Positions 23,900 to 36,965 are shown, counted from the first letter of the stretch. The stretch: DNA of 64,000 nt from Octopus sinensis (GCF_006345805.1 NC_042999.1:51088001-51152000), one strand, 5' to 3'. The notes: generated by a model from the letters alone, not told the origin. Numbers and translations are program-made.

Positions 23900-24059
23900 T
23901 TATTTGTTTCAGTTAAACAAATCGACCCCAGGACTTTTTTAAGCTTAGTACTTATTCTATCGGTCTCTTTTGATGAACCAAGTTACAGGGACATAAACAC
24001 ACCAACACTGGTTGTCAAGCAGTGACAGGGGGAAAAAACAGAGACACAAAGACACACAC

Positions 24060-24096
<37 letters not shown>

Positions 24097-24432
24097 CATG
24101 TACACGAGCTCAACTCCCTTCCCCTCTCCTCTCTTCCTCTCACACCTACTTCCTCTCTTCACTCCTACCCACCTTCTCTCCTCCACCCTCTCCCTTCATT
24201 GTCACCCCTCCATCGTTACCCCACCCCCACACATCCCAACACTATCATCCCTATATCTCCCATTCCACCCCCCATACATTCCACTTCCATATACCACTTA
24301 CATCGACCCCAGTGTGTAACTGGTGCTTAATTTATCGACCCCGAAAGGATGAAAGGCAAAGTCGACCTTGGCGGAATTTGAACTCAGAACGTAATATCAG
24401 ACAAAATACGGCTATGCATTTCACCCGGCGTG
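23900..24432 (-). mobile_element. SINE A tail and truncated SINE B
   Basis: Family motifs at ~23900-24060 and ~24295-24432. Confidence 0.7.
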
Positions 24433-24590
24433 CTATGTGATTGTTCAGCCTGCTAAAATAGCAGCCAAATTTCTCTCATATCACATCTTACTATTTCAAT
24501 GTATGAAAGATACATTGGATAATGCAGTCTTGGGTGCTCACTATCTGGCATGGTGGTCATGATTGGAAAGCTTTTAAGTGCAAGTCTGCT
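24433..24590 (+). repeat. 158-bp segment, inverted near-identical copy of 26759-26916
   Basis: One mismatch (AAATAG vs ATATAG) over 158 bp. Confidence 0.95.
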
Positions 24591-24717
24591 TTAACACTAT
24601 ACCACAAGATGACTATTCTCATTAGCTATGTTGTGTCAAAATGCACTAGATGTACATAGAAATTAACTATATTGGCAACGATGTTTGGAAGGGGGAATTA
24701 ATTCAAAAGTTTTAAGA

Positions 24718-24881
24718 TAGGCGCAGGAGTGGCTGTGTGGTAAGTAGCTTGCTTACCAACCACCTTGTTCTGGGTTCATTTCCACTGTGTGGTACCTTGG
24801 GCAAGTGTCTTCTACTATAGCCTAGGGCCGACCAAAGCCTTGTGAGTGGATTTGGTAGACGGAAACTGAAAGTAGCCTGTC

Positions 24882-24933
<52 letters not shown>

Positions 24934-25313
24934 TTTGGAGGGAGATACGAATTCGCCTGTCTATATAAATGTAGAGATGCTAGCGGACCGTTATATTGTT
25001 CGATGTCGCCTGATCGAGTTGGTGTAATGGGTGAGTTTTTTTCCTAGCATTTCTAGATTTATAGGAAATATTATGTTGACAAGGAAATGAACTTTCTATT
25101 CTAATCCAGAAATGAATTCGTCCATAATTAATCCAATAGGCTGGGATTTCGTTGTCTTCTTTCTCTTTACCATATACGGGTTACAAATTCTGTTTGTTTG
25201 TGGAGACTTTTTTACTAGTAGTAGAAATAGTGACCTATTTGGCTGCTATTTCTAATATTTTCGGAATGTGGTTTTGAGCAACTTGTTGCAATTAACCCTT
25301 TATTATAATTAAA

Positions 25314-25344
<31 letters not shown>

Positions 25345-25590
25345 GTGTGTGTGTGTGTGTGTGTGTATGTGTGTGTATATGTTTGTGTGTTTGTGTTTGT
25401 CCCCACCAACATTGCTTGAAAACTGATGGTGGTGTGTTTACATCCCCATAACTTAGCAGTTCAGCAAAAGAGAACCGATAGAATAAGTACTAGGCTTACA
25501 AAGAATAAGTCCTGTGGTCCATTTGCTCAACTAAAGGTATTGCTCCAGCATGGCTGCAATCAAATGACTGAAACAATTAAAAGAGCAAAG
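24718..25590 (+). mobile_element. SINE family A split by a ~380-bp insert in its (TA)n
   Basis: Head 24718-24882, insert ~24932-25312, tail ~25380-25590. Confidence 0.75.
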
Positions 25591-26039
25591 AATAATTAGT
25601 ATAAAAGAATAATTAAGAAAATTTGAATTTAGTAGGCATGCACAACATTAATATACAAAGTGACTGAATGGCTGAATGAGCAAACAAACATTTATGCACA
25701 AATTATCAAGGCAAGTTGTAATTAAACTTCTAAAGTAATCATTATGAATATTAACATTATTTTGTGCAATTATCATACTTTTCATGATTTAAAAAAAATC
25801 ATTAAAGCAGGAGTAGATTGCTGAGTGAGGTATTGGTGTACTGATTGCATTCAGCCTGACAATTAGCATGAATATGAGGATAGCAATGAACACGTCTTCA
25901 CTGGGGACCCTAACAAAAGGAGACATATTAGGCTATACAGTTATTTTATGGTACCTTTTTCTTTTATTTATTTTTATTTAAGGGTTTTTATCAACCAAAT
26001 CAATACTAGAACCTATCTTTTAAGTCCAGTATTTTTTTC

Positions 26040-26610
26040 TTATTTCTTTACTGCCTACAAGGGGCTAAACATAGAGGGGGAAAACAAGGACAGACAAACG
26101 GATTAAGTCAATTACATCGACCCCAGTGTGTAACTGGTGCTTAATTTATCGACCCCAAAAGGATGAAAGGCAAAGTCGACCTCAGCGGAATTTTGAACTC
26201 AGAACATAACGGCAGACAAAATACCACTAAGCATTTCACCCGGCATGCCTACGTTTCTGCCAGCTCACCACCTCATAAGTCTGGTATTTATTCTATTATT
26301 CTATCAGTTTCTTTTGCCAAACTGCTAAGTTATGGGAATGTAAATAAACCAGCATCGGTCGACAAGCAGTGGATGGAGAACAAACGCAGACACAAAGACA
26401 CATGCACACACACACACTCACACACACACTCACACACACACACACACACACATTGGGTTTCCACACAGTTTCCATCTACCAAATTCTCTCACAAGGCATC
26501 AATCAACCTGGGGCTATAAATGAAAAACTTGCCCAATGTGCTATGTCATGGGACAGAACCTATAGCTACATGATTGCAAAACGAGCTTTTTAACCACACA
26601 GCCATACCTG
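26040..26610 (-). mobile_element. Adjacent SINE B (~26040-26275) and SINE A (~26285-26610)
   Basis: Family motifs. Confidence 0.75.
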
Positions 26611-26758
26611 TAGTTTGGTTCTACTATTTGTCAGAAAAGCTCGTTAAATAATAAAATATACATTAGAATCAGGTATATTGTAGCTTATTGGGAAACCAAA
26701 AAAGATGTTTGATCAGACTATGATATAAAATTTACTACTAAAATATCAGCATTGATAG

Positions 26759-26916
26759 AGCAGACTTGCACTTAAAAGCTTTCCAATCATGACCACCATG
26801 CCAGATAGTGAGCACCCAAGACTGCATTATCCAATGTATCTTTCATACATTGAAATAGTAAGATGTGATATGAGAGAAATTTGGCTGCTATATTAGCAGG
26901 CTGAACAATCACATAG
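26759..26916 (-). repeat. Partner of the 24433-24590 inverted copy, part of an older dispersed repeat
   Basis: Much more diverged relatives at ~39300-39500, 50340-50640 and 51800-51960. Confidence 0.9.
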
Positions 26917-26988
26917 AGGCTCCCTCACTGGCTCCACAAAAATGCTAGCACATGAACTAGTGTTCTAATAGAACTTTTGCATTCCTCT

Positions 26989-27020
<32 letters not shown>

Positions 27021-27832
27021 TATCGTTATCATCATCCTATGTCACCCATTTTCCATGGGAAAATATGGATACTATATTACAAACATCTACAAAGATTTCT
27101 CGAGAATTGTCCAACCCATGCTAGCATGGAAAGCGGACGTTATACGATGGTGATGATGTTTATTTCAAATTCTCAAAATATCTTTGTTAGACAGCAAAGG
27201 GCTGGCTCTGTAAGCACCGAGGTTCATATTCTGAAAAATGGAATATTTTGGGCAGTTCATCTTGTTTGAAAAGATAATTTTAGAATTTTAAAATAGTTTT
27301 TTTTTGGCTTTTTTTTTTATGAAGAATTAAACATTGGTACATGTTCTCTCATAAGCCAAAGAAATAGTGCAGCAATTTCTTGAAAGGAAATCTCAAATAG
27401 ATGCATACTAATCTCAAAGACTAGGAGATGAGGAAGAGGACAAGAAACAGAGCTAAATGGAGAGTAAAAGAGATTTATGAGGACATAATAAAATATTCAA
27501 AAAACAATTATTTGAATTGTGCCAAAACAGAGAAAGCTGCATATAAACCAGAAGTAAGTCAATACTATAGGAATACTGTCTGTCCAAAATGAAGAATTCT
27601 ATTTTTAAAAAGCTGGCTTTCAGGAACATCCAAGCCCATATCACCTGCATCATCTTTCAAATGTTTTGTCTGCAGCAAGAGTTACAGATCTTGTTAATGG
27701 CTCCAAAAGTCAGTTGCATATACCTGACAGAGTTGTAGACAAATAAACTGAATTTGTAGAGACAGGACTTGGATGCAAGTAGGAAGCATTCATCATCATC
27801 TGTGTGCATGTGAGTGCATACGCATGCACATG

Positions 27833-27869
<37 letters not shown>

Positions 27870-27981
27870 GTGTGTATGTATGTGCGTGTGTGATGGGGTC
27901 TGAGAAAGTTTCATGTTCTAAACTAAGTTTTGACACAGTTGATATAAAGGGAGGGGACAATTTTTTTTTAATAATTTTTAT

Positions 27982-29042
27982 AGGCATAGGAGTGGCTGTG
28001 TGGTAAGTAGCTTGCTTACCACTAAGGCTGCGAGCTGGCAGAATTGTTAGCACGCCGGGCGAAATGCTTTGTGGTATTTCGTCCACCGCTGCATTCTGAG
28101 TTCAAATTCCGCCGAGGTCGACTTTACCTTTCATCCTTTCAGGGTCGATAAATTAAGTACCAGTTACGCACTGGGGTCGATGTAATCGACTTAATCCATT
28201 TGTCTGTACTTGTTTGTCCCCTCTATGTTTAGCCCCTTGTGGGCAATAAAGAAATAGGTATTTCTTCTATGAAAGAAGAGAGAAAAAAAAAAGCCCCTTC
28301 AGTGGGATGTGTGCCACCGGAGGTGGGGCAGTGGGATGTGTGCCACCGAGTGAGAGAGTTGAGGCTCCTCTCAGTGAAGGTAGTGAGGAATGTATGTTCT
28401 GCTATCTCAAGGGAGAGGCTCTCAACAGTTTTGTCGAGAATAAGATGGACAGTCAGATCCTAAAGGAACCGAATTGCATTGACAGCTCAGAGTGGCCTTC
28501 ACAGGTGGCTGCTCTAGTGCTGGAAAGAAAACAATGCAATATGATAATCAACTCATGTGGAGGCGAGATTTTCAGAATTCTCCATTGGAACCCCCAATTT
28601 TGGTGGAAACAGTGCCTGCAAGTTGCACGAGATTTGCTGGGGGAGGAAGTGTAGAGGTTTATTGCCTCTAATTGGTGTATAGACTTTATTTTGATTGTAT
28701 GGACTTTTGGTCCAAGAAATTGTATTTTTTGTAAGAGTTTATGCATTTTTGGAAAAAAAAAAATGTTTTAGAGAAGCAGAGGGTCGCCTTCTGCCTCTCC
28801 CATCTTTATCATTTTTCATCATAATTATCCGCTTCATTAATATTTATGTCTAGCCCGCAAGCTACTCTGTGTAATGCCTTTATGGCAAATTTCTATGAAA
28901 TAAAGTAGCTTGCTTACCAACCACATGGTTCCAGGTTCAGTCCCACTGCGTGGCACCTTGGGCAAGTGTCTTCTACTATAGCCTCGGGCCAAAAAAAACC
29001 TTGTGGGTGGATTTGGTAGACGGAAACTGAAAGAAGCTCGTC

Positions 29043-29094
<52 letters not shown>

Positions 29095-29310
29095 ATATGT
29101 TTGTGTCTGTGTTTGTCCCCCCAACATCGTTTGACAACCTATGCTGGTGTGTTTACGTCCCCGTAACTTAGTGGTTCAGCAAAAGAGACCAATAGAATAA
29201 GTGCTAGGCTTACAAAGAATAAGTCCTGGGGTTGATTTGCTTGACTAAAGACGGTGCTCCAGCATGGCTGCAGTCAAATGACTGAAACAAGTAAAAGAGT
29301 AAGAATATAA
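27982..29310 (+). mobile_element. SINE family A interrupted in its tRNA-like head by an insert (28022-28902) with a 17-bp TSD
   Basis: TSD AAGTAGCTTGCTTACCA at 28005-28021 and 28903-28919. The insert is a SINE B copy (~28023-28260) plus an unclassified retroelement 3' region ending ATGAAATA. Confidence 0.85.
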
Positions 29311-29847
29311 AAACGAAGGCAAGACTACTGCATGGGTTAAGCCATGATAGCTAAAACAAACTGAATAACAAAATCACACACACAAACACATACAATCACG
29401 CACATGTACACACATACATGCAGTCAAATATATCGTATTGCAGTATCATTTAATACTTCATAGTGCAGTATCAATGGGGTTCATCTTGTTTTCTTCTATA
29501 GCCCCAGGCTAACCAAAGACTTGTAAATTAATTTGGTCGACAGAAACCAGCCTATTGTATTTTTTTTTTTTCTTTTACACCTTTCAGTTATTAGATTGCC
29601 GTCATGCTAGAGCATTGCCTTGCAGAATTTAGTCAAACAAATTGACCCCAGTACTAATTGTTAGATCTGAGTGATTGTACAACATATCATAGCTTCCTCA
29701 GAGCTGCTAAAATTCTAGATGCACATGTACTCTGCTCTGAATGTTCTACATCTCAGTAGCAGAAACAACTGTAAGCTAATGAAGTTCACTGCATAATTTT
29801 CTGTTGCTTTGTCATTTACTTAAATATATATAATTATATATATATAT

Positions 29848-30246
29848 AGGCGCAGGAGTGGCTGTGTGGTAAGTAGCTTGCTTACCAACCACATGGTTCC
29901 GGGTTCAGTCCCACTGCGTGGCATCTTGGGCAAGTGCCTTCTACTATAGCCTCGGGCCGACCAATGCCTTGTGAGTGGATTTGGTAGATGGAAACTGAAA
30001 GAAGCCTGTCGTATATATATATATATTTATGTATGTATGTATGTGTATATGTTTGTGTGTCTGTGTTTGTCCCCCTAGCATTGCTGGTGTGTTTACATCC
30101 CCGCCACTTAGCGGTTCAGCAAAAGACCGATAGAATAAGTACTGGTCTTACAAAGAATAAGTCCCGGGGTCGATTTGCTCGACTAAAGGCGGTGCTCCAG
30201 CATGGCTGCAGTCAAATGGCTGAAACAAGTAAAAGAGTAAAAGAGA

Positions 30247-30250
<4 letters not shown>
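29848..30250 (+). mobile_element. SINE family A, close to consensus
   Basis: GGCGCAGGAGTGGCTGTGTGGTAAGTAGCTTGCTTACCAACCACATGGTTCCGGGTTCAGTCCC (A and B boxes). Confidence 0.9.
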
Positions 30251-30283
<33 letters not shown>

Positions 30284-30294
30284 CATCATCATCA

Positions 30295-30900
30295 TCATCA
30301 TCGTTTAACGTCCGCTTTCCATACTGTCATGGGTTGGATGGCTTGACTGAGGACTGACGAGCCAGATGGCTGCACTGGGCTGCAATCTGATCTGGCAGAG
30401 TTTCTACAGCTTGATGACCTTCCTAATGCCAACCATACCAAGAATGTAGTGGGTGCTTTTATGTGCCACCGGCACGAGGGCCAGTCAGGCGGAACAGGTG
30501 ATGCCCATGTTCAAACAGTGTCTTTTATGTGCCACCTGCAGAGGAGCCAGTCCAGCAGCACTCGCAACAATCTCACTTGAATGTTATTTTTCACATGCCA
30601 CTGGTACAAGTGCCAGTAAGGTGATGCTGGTAACGATCACGCTCAAATGGTGCTTTTTATGTGGCATATATATATGGTTGCTGGTGCTATGTAAAAAGCA
30701 CCTGTGCAGGTGTCACATAAACATACCCATGCTGATGCTATGTAAAAGCACCCAGTACATTGCATAAAGTGGCAAGGCATTAGGGAAGGGCATCCGGTCA
30801 TGCCAAAACAGATATGGAGCCTGAGCATCTCTTCGACTGGCCAGCTCCTGTCAAACCATTCGCAACCAATGCCAGCATGGAAAATGGACATTTAATGATG
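30295..30900. mobile_element. Family C retroposons ((GAT)n-tailed, probably RTE-related 3' end), minus copy then plus copy
   Basis: Tail CCAACCCATGCTAGCATGGAAAGCGGACGTTAAACGATGATGAT; body with GTGGCACATAAAAAGCACC subrepeats. Confidence 0.75.
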
Positions 30901-31259
30901 ATGATGACGATGATGATGATGATGAGGAGGAGGAGAAGGAGGTGGATGAAGATGATGAGGATGATGATGACGACGACGACGATGATGATGATGATGATGA
31001 TGACGACGACGATGATGATGATGATGATGAAGATGATAACAAGCATGCGTGTGTGATAAGAAGTTTGCTCCCCAACCACATAGTTCTAGGTTCAGTCCCA
31101 CTGTGTGGCACGATGGGCTAGTGTCTTCTAATATAGCTTTGAGCTGACCAAAGCTTTATAAGTGTATTTGTATATGTATATATATATATATATAGGAGAT
31201 AAATAAAAATATATGCATACATACAAACATATATGTACGTACCTACATCTACATGTATA

Positions 31260-31790
31260 TATACATGCATATATAAATAATTATACGGAAGTACAGGACA
31301 TCACAATAAGACGTAGAAACAGAAAAAAACAAAAAACAAGAAAACGGAAAACGAAAACCAAATACAGGACAGGTTACACAAGGACAAAACCCCCGTCATC
31401 AGCTGTCGCTAGAGGAGTCAGGCATGTTTCGAAGGCATAACAGAACACTAATCCAATAGGCCTTCCTGCGAGAGAATTAAAATAAAATTTCAAGCAGCGG
31501 GGCACAATGAGTACGAACACAAACAAGACGTAACAATAAGACTGCAAAATTAAAATACATGTACAAAAACAAACACAAGAGGACGAACGAAAAAGCCTTT
31601 TTTCTGGCATAGACAAACAATAAAACTGCAAAAATAAAAATACATGTACAAAAAGTACAATTAGTTACAAAACGAGAAAATAACAAGAATACTATACAGG
31701 AAATTAACCACACAAGGGGACGAACGAAGAAGCCTTTTTGCTGGCAAGGACGAAAGTGTAGTAGCATGCGTGGAGGCAGTCTTTTCAATA
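31260..31790 (-). mobile_element. Penelope-like terminal repeat remnant with internal tandem units
   Basis: Resembles 34205-34400. The reverse complement contains CGACAGCTGATGAC and CGAAACATG. Confidence 0.45.
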
Positions 31791-31923
31791 GTGGTAACCA
31801 CGTGTAAAGGAATTTTGTTTTATAGGCAAGGAAGAGGGAAGGAGGAGGGGGACACGCGGCGAAGAGAGAGGAGGAGGGGAGGGAGAAAGATTGAAGAGGT
31901 TAAAGCAAAGGGAGAGAGTACCA

Positions 31924-31987
<64 letters not shown>

Positions 31988-32073
31988 CATTCATACATAC
32001 ATACATACATGCATGCATACATACATACAGACATACATACATACATACATACATACATACATACATACATACA

Positions 32074-32109
<36 letters not shown>

Positions 32110-32383
32110 TGGACTTTCCTGTCAAAGATGACAATATGAGCGTTCAGCTATTGCTGACTGACCTGCACAAATGATTTGTTTATAATGATTGCTCCCTCCA
32201 TCAAATCGATATTATCTGAACAGGTACACCATGTACCATGCATAATGTGCTGAAGTGATCACAGAGCAACATTAGATGAAATGTTTTGCTCAAGAACACA
32301 ATGAACCACCCAGTCTAGGAACTGAAACCCACAATCTCGTGATCGTGAGGACAACATCCTAACCACTAGGCCATATATATATA

Positions 32384-32783
32384 TCTTCTTTATATATAAA
32401 AGTCAAGTTGTGTGTCTGTCTCCTACGATTTAGATTCCTAACTACTCCCACATTTTGCGGTGCAGTTTAACCAAAAGCGGGTATCTTATAGTCGTGATTC
32501 ATATCGAGCCCTTCTGGGTATTAGCATGCGTCTACGATGAGTCTACGATTTTTAAAAAAATTTACCATTTTTTTCCATTTTAATGCATTTTTTTCGCTAT
32601 TATATAAGGGAAGTAACTCTCTAAAAATGTTTACGATGAGTCAACGATTTTAAAAAATATTTACCATCATTTTTTTTTCCATTTTTAGTGCATTTTTTTG
32701 CTATTTTTTGGCTATAACTCTCTAAAAATGCTTATATAGTTATTTCCCTTATAAACCCGAGCAACGCCGGGCGATACTGCTAG
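32384..32783 (+). mobile_element. Non-autonomous Helitron, complete (400 bp)
   Basis: 5' A|TC, 3' hairpin CCCGAGCAACGCCGGG followed by CTAG|T, no TSD. Confidence 0.88.
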
Positions 32784-32880
32784 TATATATATATATATAT
32801 ATTCCTTGCATCTCTACTTCCCACTCCAAACACACATTCTTCTCTCTTTTCTCTCTCTCTCTCTCTGTCTTTTTCCAATG

Positions 32881-32936
<56 letters not shown>

Positions 32937-33849
32937 CTTTCTACTAATTGCCATTCTTCTACAACTATATTCCATACCTTCTAATCTGCTGTCTCAGCAC
33001 TCATTTCACACTCCCATAAACAAATTTATCTGCTTAAAAAACATTAAATTCCAAAATCGAATATTGTCTTCACAAAACAATTTATCCACTTAAAATCTCA
33101 CCACTTTATATACAAAATGGAAATTTTCAAGCCTCAATGAATATCCCACTCACTAACTACAAAATTCCAACGCAGCAACATTGACTGACATACCACCATA
33201 CCCTTTCACACTGCACACAACAAAATGACATTTTAACATCTCCAATTTAATTCTATTTATTATCTCTTTATTATTTTCTTTCTAATCACAAAGCCAGACT
33301 TTCACCTTTACATTCCGAATTGACTCAGCCAACTCACACTCATACACACATCCCCAAAATGAAATTACTGCCTTCAAATAAAAACAAATAAATTATTTTC
33401 TTTTTAAAAAAAAGATGCCATCAAAAGAAAAAGGCAAGATGATAAACACGTTTCACAAATAAATACATCAATCTTGCATGATTTCCACCCAGGAAACTCT
33501 ACTTGTCATTCTAAAGCATTGAATTTTCCAATGCACACAGTAGAAATCATTATTCAACAATGCCTACTGTGACTCCCAGCCTTGCCAGCTCTTGTCAAAC
33601 CATCCAACCCATAGCAGCATGAAAAACGGACATTAAATGATGATGATAATGGTGATGATGATAATGATGATGATGGTGGTGGTTGTTTGGTGGTGGTGGT
33701 GGTGGTGGTGGTGGAGGTGATAATTTATATAACATATATAATATACATATAATATATAATCATATATATACATATATATATGCTAGGAAATGGATGCGTG
33801 GCGTTCAATCAAATAATAATATAAATAATATATATATATATATATAGTT

Positions 33850-34060
33850 ACTCCATACATGATCAAAGAGAACACACAACAACACGAGGACGTGGAACAA
33901 GTATAGTGCTATTGGACGCTCAGGAAAGGAAAGAAAGAAGGAGGATTTAACGTTTCGAGCGCAGCTCTTCGTAAAAAACATAGAAAAAGGAAAGGTCCAA
34001 GGAAGGGAAGACAGAGAAAGAAAATCACCAAAGATACACACGCGGTCACATATATATATA
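33850..34060 (-). mobile_element. Penelope-type terminal repeat with hammerhead-like core
   Basis: Reverse complement ..ACGA AGAGC tgc GCTC GAAACGTT AAA. Relatives at ~45110-45310 and ~63080-63250. Confidence 0.6.
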
Positions 34061-34160
34061 TATGTGCATATTATATATGTATCATATATAGATATATATA
34101 TATATATATATATATAATATACATACATACACACATATATATACATACATATATATATAT

Positions 34161-34197
<37 letters not shown>

Positions 34198-34204
34198 CAT
34201 ACAC

Positions 34205-35400
34205 ACATATATATACACATGCACATATGGGTACAGGACGTCAGCAACAGAAAACAACAAGAAATACAAAAACAAATGAGTTCAATATACAAACGAGAGA
34301 AACAAATGGAAAACAGGACAAGTAATACAAAGAACAACCTTTCATCAGTTGTCGGCTGTCTATCTACTCCTCATTTCGAGCATTGAATGACAATATGAGT
34401 CTTTGAAGACAGTCCCTCCCATAAGTATCAAAATAAAATTTTGGATTTATGGATGGTCAAAGTTGGGAACAAAAACAGGACAGTGGAAACATACAAGGAA
34501 ACCGAACAAAAACAAATATGGAGTTTTTGTTAGAACAGAAGGAGGGTAAAAATAGCAAATGCTGGAGAAATATTTTCTTCGACAAGAGAAAAGATAAGTG
34601 AGAGAGATAGAATACATCCAGTCATTAGGACAGGAGTAGATAAACAGCCGACAACTGGTGAAGGGGTGTTCTTTATGTTACTTGTCCTGTTTTCCATTTG
34701 TTTCTCTCATTTAAATTCATTTGCTTTCATATTTCCTGTTGTTTACTTTTGGTGACGTCTTGTACCCATATATGCATGTGTATATATTATTTATGTTATT
34801 ATTTGGTTGAACACCACACATCCATTTCCAAGTAAGTTTATCGTAGCCCTTTTGATGCAATTCTATTCTATATTGTTTTCTCCCCTTCACCGTTTTCTCT
34901 CTCTCCCTCTTTCTCTTTTTCTCTCTCTTGTTGCTCACACGTGACCATCGTCCACCTTTCTTTTCCTCATGATCATCTTTCATTTCCTCCAGGACTGTCC
35001 AAAGGACTGGACGTATTCTATCTCTCTCTCTCTTATCTTTTCTCTTGCCAAAGAAAATATTTCTCCAGCTTTCACTATTTTACCCTTGTTCTGGTCTAAC
35101 GAACCTCCAGGTTTGTTTTTGTTTGGTTTCCTTGTATGTCTCTACTGATCTGTTTTTGTTCCCAACTTTGACCCTCCATAAATCCAAAATTTTATTTTGG
35201 TACTTATGGGAACAACTGTCTTTGAAGACTCATATTGTCATTCAATGCTTGAAATGACAACTGATGAAAGGTCGTTCTTTGTATTACTTGTCCTGTTTTC
35301 CATTTGTTTCTCTCGTTGTTTGTGTATTGAACTCATTTGTTTTTGTATTTCATGTTGTTTACTGTTGGTGACGTCCTGTACCCATATATGCATGTGTGTA
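34205..35400. repeat. Diverged ~400-bp inverted repeat (34205-34630 / 34995-35400) with a third partial copy in the spacer (~34640-34780)
   Basis: For example, AAAATAAAATTTTGGATTTATGGATGGTCAAAGTTGGGAACAAAAACAG versus CTGTTTTTGTTCCCAACTTTGACCCTCCATAAATCCAAAATTTTATTTT. Confidence 0.85.
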
Positions 35401-35587
35401 TATATATATATATAAGAAAATAAAAAAGGAAAATACGCACACTTACATGGTTATAATATAATTTTTAATGTATCAATCGGTTTCACAATCACTATTCATG
35501 ATATAATGTTTAATTTATATGAATATATATTTTTTCTTATTAAGAAGAAATTTGGTCCATGTTGTTTGTAATGAAATTCACGAGTGA

Positions 35588-35641
<54 letters not shown>

Positions 35642-35659
35642 TCTATATATATTTATATA

Positions 35660-36760
35660 TATCTTGTGTTATCCCATAAATAATGTGGTTTTTTCAGTTG
35701 CATGAACTAAAAGTTGGAGGAGGATGAGATAAACTACTTGCATCAACTTGCTATAAAAGCAGGTAGGAATTTTACCTTGTAGTTATTCTTTGTACAAGTT
35801 TTGAAGACTGCAGTTCGATTTTAACAGTAATTATTTTAAAGCTGTAATGGAAGTGACAAAGAAGCATATTTGGCATATTTTGCTTTATGAGTTCAATAAA
35901 GGCAACAATGCAAGGGTAAGTGCAAGGAATATTAATGCAGTATATGGGGATCAGACAATAAGCATAAGCCAGTGTCAACAGTGGTTCCAGAAATTCTGAG
36001 TCAGCAAACTACAACCTAGAAAATGGGCCTCGTCCCGGAATTCAGTAGATCTCAACAAGGATGTTCTGCAAACCCTTGTGGAACAAAATCCCATCATAAC
36101 TGTTGAGAAACTAGCAGAGAAGCTTGGGTTTGGTCATTCAACCATTCATTGACACCAATGTGCCATCAGAAAAGTCAGCAATTTGGATCAGTTGGTTCCT
36201 CACAAAGTTTCCGAGTCTAATCGTATGCAGAGGGTGAATGTGTGCTCTTCTTTGCTGTCACGTCTCATAAACGAACCTTTTTTGGACCGAATTGTGACTG
36301 GTAGTGAGAAATGGGTTCTCTATAAAAATGTCAAGCACCAAAGACAGTGGGTAGGGATAGGAGAAACACTAGCACCCCTGGTTAAAGAAGGTCTGCATCT
36401 GCGTAAGGTGTTGTTATCTGTCTAATGAGATATGAAAAGTTAATGCCACTTTGAACTTTAAAACCCAAACCAAATGATAACAAAGGAGATCTACTGTGAG
36501 CAACTTGAGTGGCTTAAGTCAGCATTAGAAGAGAAACGACCATCTTTAGTTTCAAGACGAAAAGTGTTCTATCACCAGGATAATGCTCGGTCACATACAG
36601 CAAGGATGACATTCCAAGGGCTGGAGCAGTTTGAATGGGAAATGATGCCCCACCTACCATATTCGCCAGACATTGCCCCATCTGATTATCATTTATTCCA
36701 CAGTCTTCAAAATCATTTCGAAGGAAAAAGTATGAATTATGTAGACAAGGTAAGAACAGT
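35660..36760 (+). pseudogene. Mariner (DD34D) transposase pseudogene
   Basis: ATG at 35847, MEVTKKHIWHILLYEFNKGNNA..SARNINAVYG..QCQQWFQKF (Mos1-type HTH); RIVTGSEKWVLY (first catalytic D changed to S); HQDNARSHT; PYSPDIAPSDYHLF. Stops and frameshifts are present, and a family C copy interrupts it at ~36760. Confidence 0.92.
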
Positions 36761-36965
36761 ACTGGCCCCTGTGCCAGTGGCACATAAAAAGCACCCACTA
36801 CACTCACGGAATGGTTGACGTTAGGAAGGAAGGACATCCAGCTGTAAAAACATTGCCAGATCAGACTGGAGCCTGGTGCAGCCTCCTGGCTTCCCAGACC
36901 CCAGTCAAACCGTCCAACCCGTGCTGGCATGGAAACAGACATTAAATGATGATGATGATGATGAT
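36760..36965 (+). mobile_element. Family C retroposon inserted in the mariner
   Basis: GTGGCACATAAAAAGCACCCACTACAC..GGAAACAGACATTAAATGATGATG. Confidence 0.8.

Noticed and set aside
28239-28654. ORFs inside the SINE-targeting insert as a recognisable L1/Tx1 protein
   Set aside because: No RT, endonuclease or zinc-knuckle motif could be recognised, so the clade is left unassigned.
29848-29920. tRNA gene calls for SINE heads
   Set aside because: A and B boxes are present, but there is no complete cloverleaf or acceptor stem, and the heads are fused to SINE bodies.
35847-36760. Domesticated mariner (SETMAR-like) gene
   Set aside because: Multiple stops and frameshifts, the first catalytic Asp is mutated, and it is interrupted by a retroposon.
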